A stretch of 64,000 nucleotides of DNA from a virus (IMGVR_UViG_3300032030_000019); one strand, 5' to 3'; numbered from the stretch's first letter, positions 1 to 9,639 are shown. Numbers and translations are program-made. The notes: generated by a model not told the origin, from the letters alone.

Positions 1-89
1 CTTCTCAACTCACTCTCATCTTCCGGACCTTCGTATGTACCTACGTTAATCTCTACGTTCTCTCTGTTCTTTAAGTTCGTAATTTTCAT
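1..89 (-). CDS. 5' part of a leftward gene running off the window (MKITNLKNRENVEINVGTYEGPEDESELR...)
   Basis: CAT at 87-89 with GAGGTG SD (reverse complement of 99-104) 9 nt upstream; frame open to the window edge; not in the ORF track. Confidence 0.6.
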   Translation of the reverse strand, partial: MKITNLKNRENVEINVGTYEGPEDESELR

Positions 90-366
90 GCGTATTTGCA
101 CCTCGTATTCATGTTTGTTATAATATGGTTTTCTCGTTCGGACAAAATTTGACAAAATCTCCCGTTCACGTTCTGTATAAAAGTTTGTCCTTACGTTTTT
201 CGTTAGTTTTGTTTTAAATTTTGGTTGTACTCCTATTCATAAATAAGAGGAATACCCCACTCCAATGCGTCACTTTTTAGCGCATTAACTTCATAGTGTA
301 TACAAAAACACACATATTACATCAGTGGAATTATTCGCGTACGTTACGTTTTTCACACTTTAACGT

Positions 367-399
367 GTATGAAAAAGTGCACAAAAAGTATGAAAAAGT
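367..399. repeat. Phased AAAAAGT tracts; GTATGAAAAAGT twice
   Basis: AAAAAGT at 372, 383 and 393 (11 and 10 bp spacing). Confidence 0.7.
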
Positions 400-465
400 A
401 TACACTTCGGGCATTTTTTTGATGAACATAATAAGAACAAGATGTGAAAATACGTAGAAAATTTA

Positions 466-523
466 CGAATGTTTCCACATGCGTAACTCACGTATCTACG
501 TTATTTATCGCGAATGTTTCCAC
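466..523. repeat. 13-bp direct repeat CGAATGTTTCCAC
   Basis: Exact copies at 466-478 and 511-523. Confidence 0.85.
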
Positions 524-601
524 TAATGGGAATAAGAGAGGGAGGAGATATAATAGAGCCAATAAAGACACAGGAGCGATCAGGGTACTGCTAAAAAGCT
601 G

Positions 602-629
602 ACACGGGGATCATTAAGAATCCCCGTGT
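602..629. other. Inverted repeat/hairpin
   Basis: ACACGGGGAT (602-611) pairs with ATCCCCGTGT (620-629). Confidence 0.75.
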
Positions 630-657
630 GTCATGCTATAAAGAATTATTGGTGATG

Positions 658-705
658 ACGTAAGTACATACGTAAGTACATACGTAGGTATACGTGTGTG
701 TGTGT
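658..705. repeat. 12-bp tandem ACGTAAGTACAT (x2 plus a degenerate third copy) followed by (GT)6
   Basis: Read directly from the sequence. Confidence 0.8.
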
Positions 706-730
706 CACGGCCTCCCCAAAAGGGGCCGTG
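706..730. other. GC-rich hairpin
   Basis: CACGGCC ... GGCCGTG arms around TCCCCAAAAGG. Confidence 0.7.
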
Positions 731-775
731 CCCACAACGTCAGGGTAAAATGTGTGAATTTATGTAAAAAACGTC

Positions 776-804
776 TTGACAACGTAGGGCAAATGTGGTA
801 TTAT
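776..804 (+). promoter_or_regulatory. Sigma70/sigmaA-type promoter with extended -10
   Basis: TTGACA (776-781), 17 bp spacer, TG-n-TATTAT (799-804). Confidence 0.8.
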
Positions 805-973
805 GCATTTAAGTAAATTAACGACCCCATATCGAGTTAGACGCTTTTTGTTTAAGTAAGGATTTGAGCCTGTTTTATTGGGGTGTGAGAAGAAAAAATC
901 AAAATTCAGGTTCCCAGTGAATTACGAAACGCTTACTAGTGAGATAGAGGAAGCTTGTTTTTTAGGAGTGTCT

Positions 974-1975
974 ATGTCAAAAAAATACAAGTTAACAAAC
1001 GAATACTTATCAATTGCGCATATGGTAGCAAGTAACGAGCCTTATAACCCTAGTCTTGATATTGTGAATGAGGCTTATCAACGATTTTTTAGCGAGACTT
1101 TTAAAGATTCGATAGATATACGAGGGGACATTGATTACGTATTGACATGCCTGATGACGAAACCACAAAAAGAAACAGGTTTTTTTGATCGGCTATGGGA
1201 AACCTTTATCGATGTAAGTAAACTAAAAGTCCTAACGTATAAAGATTTCAAACCCCTTTTCTACGATTTTGGCGAATTACAAATTTCAGCTTCCCCACGC
1301 GACGTAGTTCTGACGTATCGCAAAGTATACCGACGTCTGTTAAAGTATATCCGACGTACGTATAAATGCGAAGCGAAGAAAACAGATGTAGGGTTAATAT
1401 ACGATCTAGATAAAGACATTACGCAAGAACTTGATACGTTTGTTATATACAATACGTTTGGTGAAAGAGGTGCACGTCACGATTTATATCATCAGTTACG
1501 TGAATTACGTCAAACGTTACAACACCAAAACCTCGATCTTCGAACCTTACAGTTAACTAAAAAAGATATCGATTTTGATTTATTATACAGACGTTTAGAG
1601 TCTCAAATCATTGACGTATTGAAACGTTGGAATGAAATAACATGTAATGACAAAGACAACCTACGTCAATTAAGCAAACATACACGTAAGGACATTCTCA
1701 AATTATTCTACGATAGTGCTGACTTTTCGTCTAAACGTCAGGATAAGTTATGGCATAAAATAGTCGACTTAATAAACAGACGTAAGTTATATCCGTCATA
1801 CGAACTGTTCCAAGTATTCATAGGTGTACTTGATCGATTTAAGGACAAACGTTTGGTTGAAAAACGACGTAAAGAACTTGAGCTCAAAAGTATGGCAAAC
1901 GTAGTGGGAATACCGACGTTGGATGACTTTGCGAATAGGGCCCACACAAAGTCAGGTATACCGAGGGTATCCTGA
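974..1975 (+). CDS. Hypothetical basic alpha-helical protein
   Basis: Track ORF 878-1975; start moved to ATG 974 behind AGGAG at 964-968; no family recognised. Confidence 0.75.
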   Translation: MSKKYKLTNEYLSIAHMVASNEPYNPSLDIVNEAYQRFFSETFKDSIDIRGDIDYVLTCLMTKPQKETGFFDRLWETFIDVSKLKVLTYKDFKPLFYDFGELQISASPRDVVLTYRKVYRRLLKYIRRTYKCEAKKTDVGLIYDLDKDITQELDTFVIYNTFGERGARHDLYHQLRELRQTLQHQNLDLRTLQLTKKDIDFDLLYRRLESQIIDVLKRWNEITCNDKDNLRQLSKHTRKDILKLFYDSADFSSKRQDKLWHKIVDLINRRKLYPSYELFQVFIGVLDRFKDKRLVEKRRKELELKSMANVVGIPTLDDFANRAHTKSGIPRVS

Positions 1976-2002
1976 CATATAAAAACTAACAGGAGTGATG
2001 TT

Positions 2003-2677
2003 ATGATAGGTGACATTACTAATTACGAAACACAAGACGCCGAATTTTCAATACCTGAAGACGAATTACAAACGGAATTTATGCGCCTTACGTCAGCCTC
2101 AAAGAAAGAACTGACGTCATATAAAGACGCACATCCACCTACGTCTTCAGAAGCTGATGACGCACTCGATACGTTATACAAAGCGATCTCAGAGAAGTAC
2201 GGCGTTAATACACAACATAAAGACTTTAAATCATACATTAACAGCATAGCAGAGGAAACAAAACTCGATAAAGCTGTGAATGACGCAATAAGTGCAAAAG
2301 TAATCGATAGCCTAGTAACACGAACAAAAACCAAGATTATGGCATCGACGGCATTTGTGCTTGATAGAATTCAAACGCTTGTAGAACAGGAAGCGGCCTC
2401 AACGGGAGTTATAACACCTGAATTGGTCGGTGTCGCACAGAAAAACCTTGAATGGATCGACGCACTCAACAAGATAGGTGCCGGATTAACGATTAAGGAT
2501 CCTGACAAGACTATTGAACGTGCGATAGCCATGGACAAACGTGAGCATCCTGAGAAATACGTAGAAACAGATAAACAAAATACCGATTTAAGCAACAATC
2601 TAGCATTTATCAAACAAGTTCTTGCCTCACTCGACTCAAAGCAAGAACCGTCGAAAGAGGTAAAAGAGAATGCCTAA
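2003..2677 (+). CDS. Hypothetical helical protein (weak candidate terminase small subunit)
   Basis: AGGAG SD; size, helicity and TPELVGVAQKNLEWIDALNK are only loosely reminiscent of T4 gp16-type TerS. Confidence 0.55.
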   Translation: MIGDITNYETQDAEFSIPEDELQTEFMRLTSASKKELTSYKDAHPPTSSEADDALDTLYKAISEKYGVNTQHKDFKSYINSIAEETKLDKAVNDAISAKVIDSLVTRTKTKIMASTAFVLDRIQTLVEQEAASTGVITPELVGVAQKNLEWIDALNKIGAGLTIKDPDKTIERAIAMDKREHPEKYVETDKQNTDLSNNLAFIKQVLASLDSKQEPSKEVKENA

Positions 2678-3314
2678 AATTTTTATGTACAGAAACTTTG
2701 ACGGCATGGCAGCCCCGTCTACATCCGCCGGTCCTGGACTCAACGATGTAAGCAATGTAGCAGGAAATTCAGTCCGACATTTAGGTGATGACAAACGTAA
2801 AGTACTGTCTGACTTACCTAAGGACCAATTCCCACGCCGCAACATATTCTTCAACGGCTTTTCGCGGGGGCATCTGTATAAGTTTGCCGAAAGTACGGAC
2901 GACGTAAAACAGGAACCTGACACAACAGCCGCTGATAAAGCCCAAAATGATCTACAAAAAACAGCTGACGAGTTCAAAAAGCTGACACACTCATACGTAC
3001 AGCAAAACTCATGGCGATTCATGCCGTTTAACTTCGGTGGATCAATGTTTGGGGTATTAGGAAACAATGCGACTGAAACTAGCTTTAAACTCCATGATTA
3101 TAGACAGGCTGAGGCCGCAAGAAAAGCACAATCGGGTGCTATTCACAACAGAGAAACAGGCGATGCAACTCAATTTGTAAAACGAGCAGATGGTAGCGTC
3201 CAACTCGGTAATGGTAAGGGGACAATATCTCCGGAACAGATAGCATTCTGGCAAAAGCAAAAGGCTGCAGGTCAAAAATACACGCCGTACACAAATACAG
3301 TAACTGTAGGCTAA
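2670..3314 (+). CDS. Putative internal head (cargo) protein
   Basis: Leader MPKIFMYRNF-DGM; internal YKFA and PFNFG; GTISPEQ segment shared with the next gene. Confidence 0.6.
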   Translation: MPKIFMYRNFDGMAAPSTSAGPGLNDVSNVAGNSVRHLGDDKRKVLSDLPKDQFPRRNIFFNGFSRGHLYKFAESTDDVKQEPDTTAADKAQNDLQKTADEFKKLTHSYVQQNSWRFMPFNFGGSMFGVLGNNATETSFKLHDYRQAEAARKAQSGAIHNRETGDATQFVKRADGSVQLGNGKGTISPEQIAFWQKQKAAGQKYTPYTNTVTVG

Positions 3315-3343
3315 ATTCCATACACACATAAGGAGGTGACGTT

Positions 3344-4615
3344 ATGTTTTATTCACCGGCACCTACTTTCCCCACGCCGAAGACTATTCCATTTGGAGTA
3401 GGCTCAACACCGCGAATTGTGTCTCTCTTTGAAAAGGCGCACGAACCTAAGACGTGGGCTGAACGTGTAGGTATATTCAAAAAAGAAAAACCTTTGCATG
3501 AACGTCACCAAATGTTACAAAACTTAAAAACGTCATATCCAAATTATGACGGCTTCTTAGTAGGTGACAAAACACAGGTACAGTTTTCACGCTTTCCGTC
3601 ATACTTTCCCTATCGATCATACAATTTCGGATTATGGGACAAGTTGACAGGTAAGGCACAACAACCAGCTCAGCAAACACAGAAAGCAACTGAGGGCGCA
3701 TGGAATGGTGGAACGTGGAAACTGAACAATGAGGGGCATTTAATGTACCGTGGTAAGGTCGGCGGGGCACTTTCTCCTGAGCAACAACGCAGTATTTCAC
3801 AACAGCACAAGATTCCAATGAATGATTACGGACGTCTTGTCAACGCATATGCGACGGACGAAGGACGCAGCTCAGGCAACCACACCATGTATAGAACTCA
3901 GGCTATGTCCGAACGTTCCGACGTGAATGAATACGTAGGCCTCAGTGAATGCAATAAGGACGGCTACGTAGGTTTTTCAGACTTTAAGAAACAGGTACTC
4001 AACAACCTAAACAGCATCAACCAAGGCATAGAGAATTTACAGGGTGCTATGGGTGCTGGAAACATGGGAGGAATGTGGACTCCGTGGGGATTCATGCCAA
4101 ATTTTAGGTATGGTAGACCACAACAAAAAACATCCTCAACGGCAACTACCACACCCAAGAAGACCGAGGAGCCTGCCAATACATCAGAAGTAAGTAACGA
4201 CAATGAAGACACGAACAAACCTGATGAACAGCAACAACAGGAAGACACACAAAGCAAACTTGAGAAAATTGATCAGCGAATTCAACAAATAACCGAGAAG
4301 ATTCACTACCAACAGGAAGAGCGAACACGATTACAAAGAGAAATAGCTGAAAAACAAACGAAGTTAACCAGAATACAGGCTACCGGAGCATCTGATACGG
4401 CTGAACAGGTACAAAATCAGATAAACGTACTCAAGGCAAAGATGCAAGAGTGTGATTCCAAAGAGAATACGTATAACGAAGAACTGAAACGTGAGCGTGA
4501 TAAACGCAATACCATACAGACGAGTGAAAAACAGATGTCGTACGTACTCCCATATTCAGATTTACTTAACTTCTGTCGCAAATGTCGGGAGGAATTAGAC
4601 AATGACACAATCTGA
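3344..4615 (+). CDS. Putative internal head protein with C-terminal coiled coil
   Basis: AAGGAGGT SD; motifs VQFS, SYNFG, YVGFS; Q/E/K-rich heptad region at about aa 300-400. Confidence 0.6.
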   Translation: MFYSPAPTFPTPKTIPFGVGSTPRIVSLFEKAHEPKTWAERVGIFKKEKPLHERHQMLQNLKTSYPNYDGFLVGDKTQVQFSRFPSYFPYRSYNFGLWDKLTGKAQQPAQQTQKATEGAWNGGTWKLNNEGHLMYRGKVGGALSPEQQRSISQQHKIPMNDYGRLVNAYATDEGRSSGNHTMYRTQAMSERSDVNEYVGLSECNKDGYVGFSDFKKQVLNNLNSINQGIENLQGAMGAGNMGGMWTPWGFMPNFRYGRPQQKTSSTATTTPKKTEEPANTSEVSNDNEDTNKPDEQQQQEDTQSKLEKIDQRIQQITEKIHYQQEERTRLQREIAEKQTKLTRIQATGASDTAEQVQNQINVLKAKMQECDSKENTYNEELKRERDKRNTIQTSEKQMSYVLPYSDLLNFCRKCREELDNDTI

Positions 4616-5258
4616 AAAGGCAAAACGCATGAACGAACTTGTAGGTGATGAAATGATCGCACACTTACAGTATACGTTTGCGGCTAGTAAGGTCATAGGT
4701 CCTGATAATGACGCATGTAAGGCTGAATTTACAGAACATGCTCAGGAAGAGTACGATCACATGCTTAAACTTTTGGATAAAATGAACGAACAGCATATGC
4801 CAATAAACGCAGACATTTTGGCATTAACGAAGAACGCGTATTCAGGATATCAAGTTATGGATGGCGTATCTTCACATGACTTACTTCTGTTCCATCATAA
4901 TGCCGAAGTTAATGCGATTAAGGCATACAAGTCGTTCTTACGTGAGCTGAACGATGATCCTGGTTTACACAAAGTAATCGAGGATATACTTAATGACGAA
5001 CTTAAGCATCGTGTAGACCTGGAAAAGCTTGAGTCTTCCGTAGATGATCGTACGTCAAACTTAATGCCTTCTCAAGAGCTATTTTCCAAGCGCTTCGCTG
5101 CCCGGGATGAATCAAAAACATCTCTTAGAGATAGGTTTTTCGCTAGCGTAGAAGAGTTGCGTCGACGCTCACGTATGCGTATATCCGCTTATAATGGGTC
5201 TCCACGTCGGTTGGCTCGTAATCACGTATGGGCTGATGTAGGTGCCTTAAAGGGCTGA
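4602..5258 (+). CDS. Ferritin-like protein, DPS-like (DPSL)/bacterioferritin family, with basic C-terminal extension
   Basis: Four-helix di-iron ligands DEMIAHLQY, EHAQEEYDH, AEVNAI, ILNDELKH. Confidence 0.8.
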   Translation: MTQSEKAKRMNELVGDEMIAHLQYTFAASKVIGPDNDACKAEFTEHAQEEYDHMLKLLDKMNEQHMPINADILALTKNAYSGYQVMDGVSSHDLLLFHHNAEVNAIKAYKSFLRELNDDPGLHKVIEDILNDELKHRVDLEKLESSVDDRTSNLMPSQELFSKRFAARDESKTSLRDRFFASVEELRRRSRMRISAYNGSPRRLARNHVWADVGALKG

Positions 5259-5276
5259 CGTAGGAGGGCTGAAAGC

Positions 5277-5633
5277 ATGAAAGTATTCCGTTACGTGGCA
5301 TTTGCGTTAGAGAACTTGGGTGGCAATTCGTCTAATCCTATGAATGATATACTAGCCAAAAACAGACAAAAGGATGAAGAGCGTAAGTATCAAAAGCAAC
5401 TGAAATTCGAAAATGCATTGGATCGTAAGCTCTATCAGCAAGAAATGGAAGATGAATCGAAAGCACAACTTAAGCATGTGGGCGAGATGAACAGACTTCT
5501 TGCTCAGCGTGCTCAACTTACAGGAAATATGGGCGAAGGGATGCCACCACAGGCTAATCCTCAAATGTGGAACTACTATAATCCGTATTATAGCATAAAT
5601 GACCCATATTACAACAATCCATTTTCACAATAA
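5277..5633 (+). CDS. Putative internal head protein
   Basis: Leader MKVFRYVAF-A; AGGAGG SD; low-complexity N/P/Y tail. Confidence 0.65.
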   Translation: MKVFRYVAFALENLGGNSSNPMNDILAKNRQKDEERKYQKQLKFENALDRKLYQQEMEDESKAQLKHVGEMNRLLAQRAQLTGNMGEGMPPQANPQMWNYYNPYYSINDPYYNNPFSQ

Positions 5634-5648
5634 AACACGAGGTGTAAC

Positions 5649-6359
5649 ATGGGAAGTGCAATAACCGACATAGACAGAGATCTTAAACAACTAGCCGAAG
5701 ACATTATTGATGGTAAGATACAAACCCAAGATGCTACCACCTTAAGTTATTACGGCATGCGTTTAATGTCAGCTGTAGAAAAACTTGAACGACCTATGTT
5801 GAATACGTCGTTTATATACCAAATGAAACTAATGAAACAGATACAAAGACTCAAAATGGCTCTAGCGATCCTGAAAGAAAAGATCATAGAGATTCAAGGA
5901 GACGGATGTATCTATTTCAGTGATTTAGCCAAAGAGAACAAAGACTTGAAGAACAATCCTATCGTTAAAGAGCTCGATAAACACAGACTACACGGTATGA
6001 TGTTGATCAAAGCTATTAAGATAACTTCGGGAGACACAGGGATGCCCGAACTTGCATTGTCGAACTTCATCAAGAATAATGAAGTGGATTATCCAAAAAT
6101 CGATGAGACAAGTATGAGTTACCACAAAGGCCAAGAAGATGCTAGAAAACTAGTTACGGCTCGGGTACAAGCAGCTGGTGACCATATGTATGAATCTCAG
6201 CAGGATTTCCTACGACTACATCCTAAGCAGGACAAGGACTCATTATCTTACATAGCAGGTTTTTCAAACGTCGCTTCACGTGCATTTTCAAGATCGTTTA
6301 TCGAAAACGAACGTATGAAGGGTAACTTCTTGTCGACTGTTGATAAATACATTAACTAA
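5649..6359 (+). CDS. Hypothetical protein immediately upstream of the major capsid gene (possible head assembly factor)
   Basis: GAGGTG SD; assignment by position only. Confidence 0.55.
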   Translation: MGSAITDIDRDLKQLAEDIIDGKIQTQDATTLSYYGMRLMSAVEKLERPMLNTSFIYQMKLMKQIQRLKMALAILKEKIIEIQGDGCIYFSDLAKENKDLKNNPIVKELDKHRLHGMMLIKAIKITSGDTGMPELALSNFIKNNEVDYPKIDETSMSYHKGQEDARKLVTARVQAAGDHMYESQQDFLRLHPKQDKDSLSYIAGFSNVASRAFSRSFIENERMKGNFLSTVDKYIN

Positions 6360-6386
6360 AAAAATATATACAAAAGGTGATTTAAC

Positions 6387-7874
6387 ATGAGAATATCTGG
6401 AAATATTATTCAGGACCATGACGATTTTATGGCTTCTGTTAACGCAAAGATTAATGCAGCTCAGGATGATTTGATGTCTGCTGGTAATAATGACTTAGTT
6501 GGTTTCTCACACAGAGCTGACCGACTTAGTAAATCTGCTGAAAATTTATATTTCAGCATGGGTGATGACTGCTTCGATCCAGTACACGCAGCATTTACAT
6601 ACTTCTCAAACAAACCGGGTCTCAATGACGTAACTAACGTTGCCGCTGTTGACATTATCGATATTGGTATTCAGGCTACACGTCAGTCTGTAATGGGTTA
6701 CCTTACAGTTGAGCGAGCTATGGATAAACCTATCGATGTTGCATGGTATCAGACTCTCGTAGCTATCAACAACGCTGGTGGCTATAAGAAAGATGAAGCT
6801 GTATTCTCGCCGTTCAGCCCGATTTCTCCGTCCATTAACCTCGGACCGACATCACAGACAATCAACTTTGCAGCTACTGCAAGTGCTTCTGAGACTGCTT
6901 GGACAGTAAGTGGTGATACATACACACTGACCTTCTCAGGTGCTACAGCTGACAAGCCGTTGGTTGCTAAAAGCATTCAGTTGGTAGTTAAAGACGGCGA
7001 TACAGTAGTTGCTACTGCATCTGACCTTAAAGGCATGGATGAGGCAACAAAGCTCGGTACACTGTATTGGGATGTAGCTAGTGTATGTAAGAGTGCAACT
7101 ATCAATTACGAGACAGGTGTAATCACTATCGTAACAAACGAAGCCGGTGCTCTTGACACACTGAAAGTATCTGTAAAAGCTAACATTGAACGAACAGCCC
7201 AGAAATCAGGTGCCAACACCTTGAAAGTAAAGCCGAAAACAACGACAATTCAGTTGATTGCAAAACCGAACCGAATCATCCTTGAGAACTCGTTCGAAGA
7301 TAACGCTTACATGAACAAGCAGGCATTCAACCTAGCACAAAAGGGTATTCAGCTTGACTTCGGTAAGCGAGCAATCAATCAGCTGCTTCAGACATTTGTT
7401 GCTTATCTTGACTTTACTTCTGTTTCTGCAACATGGACAGCAGCATGCAAGACAGCTAACAATCACGCTGTAACTGAGTTGGATTTGACAGACTACCTGT
7501 TAAGCTCTTCACAGGCTGCTACAAAGTATGACTTCATCAATCAGGCTATGCTGAAATTGAATGATGACTTACTTATCAGAACAGGTAAGGGTGCAACATG
7601 TTGGTTGGTAGATAGTGAAGCTGCTCGTGTACTTGGTAACTGCCAGGCTCACTTCACAGCTAACCCGACACTGACAAGTAACTTGGATGGTGTTGTTGGT
7701 ACATATATGAATCTACCTGTTATTCGACACCACGTTCTTAACGGCGTAGTAGATCAAGCTATCTATCCGGATAAGAATCAGGTACATGGTCTTGTAATCG
7801 CAGTATTCAAATCTGATGATGGTCAGGCAGGACCTACAATGTACGGTGAATATTTGCCTCCGTTAACAAGTAAT
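6387..7874 (+). CDS. Major capsid protein, exon 1 (496 codons; T4 gp23/HK97-like)
   Basis: TLKVKPKTTTIQLIAKPNRI, GATCWLVDSE, GVVGTY, GPTMYGEYLPPL follow the gp23-type motif order; N-terminal propeptide with VGFS, LYFS and TYFS; track ORF overruns into the intron to 7910. Confidence 0.85.
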
Positions 7875-8268
7875 AAAAACCTGGGCGGGTTTTGTTACAT
7901 AGCGGCGTAATATGGTGACATATTATAGTTCATAAGCATAACACCACTTATGAAGGGTATTAATCTCGTGAATTGCTGGAAACTCGTAAAGATATCAGTA
8001 CTACAACGTAATCAGAAATGACATGCGTGAATGTTTGAAAAACTGATATTATATGACAATCAGCAGCCGAGCCTCTAATTAGGTTATGGAAGCCTATAGG
8101 AGGAAGGTTCAACGACTATCCCGCGAGGGAGTAGGGATGAATCCCGAAGGACGAGACATCTTATGTGAAAATGTAAGATGAAAATATAGTCTAAACTACA
8201 TAGAAATATGTAGGTGTATTAAAACATATCAATAAGCAAAAAAATAATAAAAAAAATGTGCAAAACAC

Positions 8269-8297
8269 TTGACTTATTAATTATCGTGTGCTATAAT
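8269..8297 (+). promoter_or_regulatory. Intron-internal sigma70-type promoter for the endonuclease ORF
   Basis: TTGACT (8269-8274), 17 bp spacer, TG-c-TATAAT (8292-8297), A-rich UP-like tract upstream. Confidence 0.8.
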
Positions 8298-8395
8298 ATT
8301 AAGTATGGGAACTCGCAGGAACTGCTTGTTAAGCAGCAATGATTCCCAACACTAAACTATGACAATCTACTGTCATGGAATTATAGGAACATTAT

Positions 8396-9565
8396 ATGTT
8401 AATTAAAGGTCAAGAAGTCAGTTTAACAGGCGCAAATCTAATAAGAGCCTTACTGAGAGATGAATTTGGGTATAAACATACCTGTGACTGTGGTGCAGAA
8501 CAAACGTTTGATAGTCTAAAAGCTATGCTTAAGAAAGGAGAACCTATCGAGACTGATTATAAATGTAAGCTCTGCAAAATGAACAAACCATGTACTGTAT
8601 GGGGAACAACATACAAATCCGTTAAAGAAGCTACCGAGATGACTTACAACCCAGACGTTTGTAAGTGTGAGAAGTGTGGCACACCATTTACAAAAGATCA
8701 ATGGTATCAATGGTGTCAGCGATACCTTGATGAAAATAACGGACACTTGATATGTCATTCTTGCAAAAGTTCAGATGTACGAATTTTGTTAAATGAGCAA
8801 TATCATGATGATATTTCTCAACAAACACGAGATCGAAATCTCAAAAACTGGCAAGATCCGGAATATCGAGAGAAACACGCACAAATCACAGCTGAATGGT
8901 CCTCGAGACTATGGCAAAGCGAAGAACGTAAGTATGGTGAATTCAAGAACCAGACCTTCGCAGAAGCACATAGCATTATGGCACGAAAGGAAATGAAAGC
9001 CGAGGGTGGTGGTCTGTGGTCCAAGCCCGAGTATTGGAGTGAGATGTTCTTAACTCGCACTAGATTTGCGACGGATAATTCGCTATCGGATGACCAAAAA
9101 TTTCATCTAATTTTGGACGAAGTTGATGCTTTATACAATAAGTATTTACCTCGATATCAGAACATCACAGTCTCAGACCAAAATTTAGTCGAACGTAATA
9201 TTCAAATGAAATCAGTATTAGATTCTTATGGGTTGCAGAGTCACATCTATTATAAGTATGTCATGCCAATCCTAAGTGCCAAAACAGGTCATCATGTAAT
9301 TCCGAGAAGTATACATACCTGTGATGATTTTATAATTAGTGTGGATCCCCAGGAACATATTTACGCACATTTATTTTTATTCCTAGACAATTTCACACGA
9401 ACGCTTAACGATAACATGAAGAAGGAAAAAAATTTCGTATTAACAAAAGTACAGATTCAAGTATTTATGGCATTGTTTTTTCTTGCGAGTCATTCTCTTA
9501 AGAAGGCAAGAAATAGCGAGTTAGTTGCAGATATTGAACGCATCTTGAAACTCAAAAAAAGATAA
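8396..9565 (+). CDS. Intron-encoded putative HNH homing endonuclease with N-terminal CxxC zinc-binding motifs
   Basis: HTCDC, CKLC, CKCEKC, CHSC; WQDPEYREKH; C-terminal GHHVIPRS...EHIYAHLFL. Confidence 0.75.
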   Translation: MLIKGQEVSLTGANLIRALLRDEFGYKHTCDCGAEQTFDSLKAMLKKGEPIETDYKCKLCKMNKPCTVWGTTYKSVKEATEMTYNPDVCKCEKCGTPFTKDQWYQWCQRYLDENNGHLICHSCKSSDVRILLNEQYHDDISQQTRDRNLKNWQDPEYREKHAQITAEWSSRLWQSEERKYGEFKNQTFAEAHSIMARKEMKAEGGGLWSKPEYWSEMFLTRTRFATDNSLSDDQKFHLILDEVDALYNKYLPRYQNITVSDQNLVERNIQMKSVLDSYGLQSHIYYKYVMPILSAKTGHHVIPRSIHTCDDFIISVDPQEHIYAHLFLFLDNFTRTLNDNMKKEKNFVLTKVQIQVFMALFFLASHSLKKARNSELVADIERILKLKKR

Positions 9566-9639
9566 TACCTGAGATTAGAAAAGAGAAAATACTTAATTTT
9601 AAACACCTTCTTCCTACACATAATTTTGATAGTGTATTG

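Larger units (their letters stand above)
7875..9639 (+). mobile_element. Self-splicing group I intron, subgroup IA-like (P7.1 and P7.2 present), 1765 nt
   Basis: P AATTGCTGGAAAC 7971, Q AATCAGCAGCC 8058, R GTTCAACGACTA 8107, S AAAATATAGTCT 8181; P3 TCTCGT/ACGAGA; P7 GACTA/TAGTC; P9 with GAAA loop; P1 U7874-G7894 wobble; P10 GGGCGGG 7883-7889 with CCCGCCC 9640-9646; terminal G9639. Confidence 0.93.

Noticed and set aside
149-181. Second + strand promoter at TTGACA 149-154
   Set aside because: The nearest -10-like hexamer (TATAAA 176-181) is 21 bp away, which is too far
367-705. CRISPR array or mini-array in the repeat-rich intergenic region
   Set aside because: The repeats are 12-13 bp, only 2-3 copies, without regular unique spacers
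7875-7910. Capsid C-terminus KNLGGFCYIAA-stop as given by the ORF track
   Set aside because: This is intron P1/P10 sequence; the true C-terminus is exon 2 at 9640-9771
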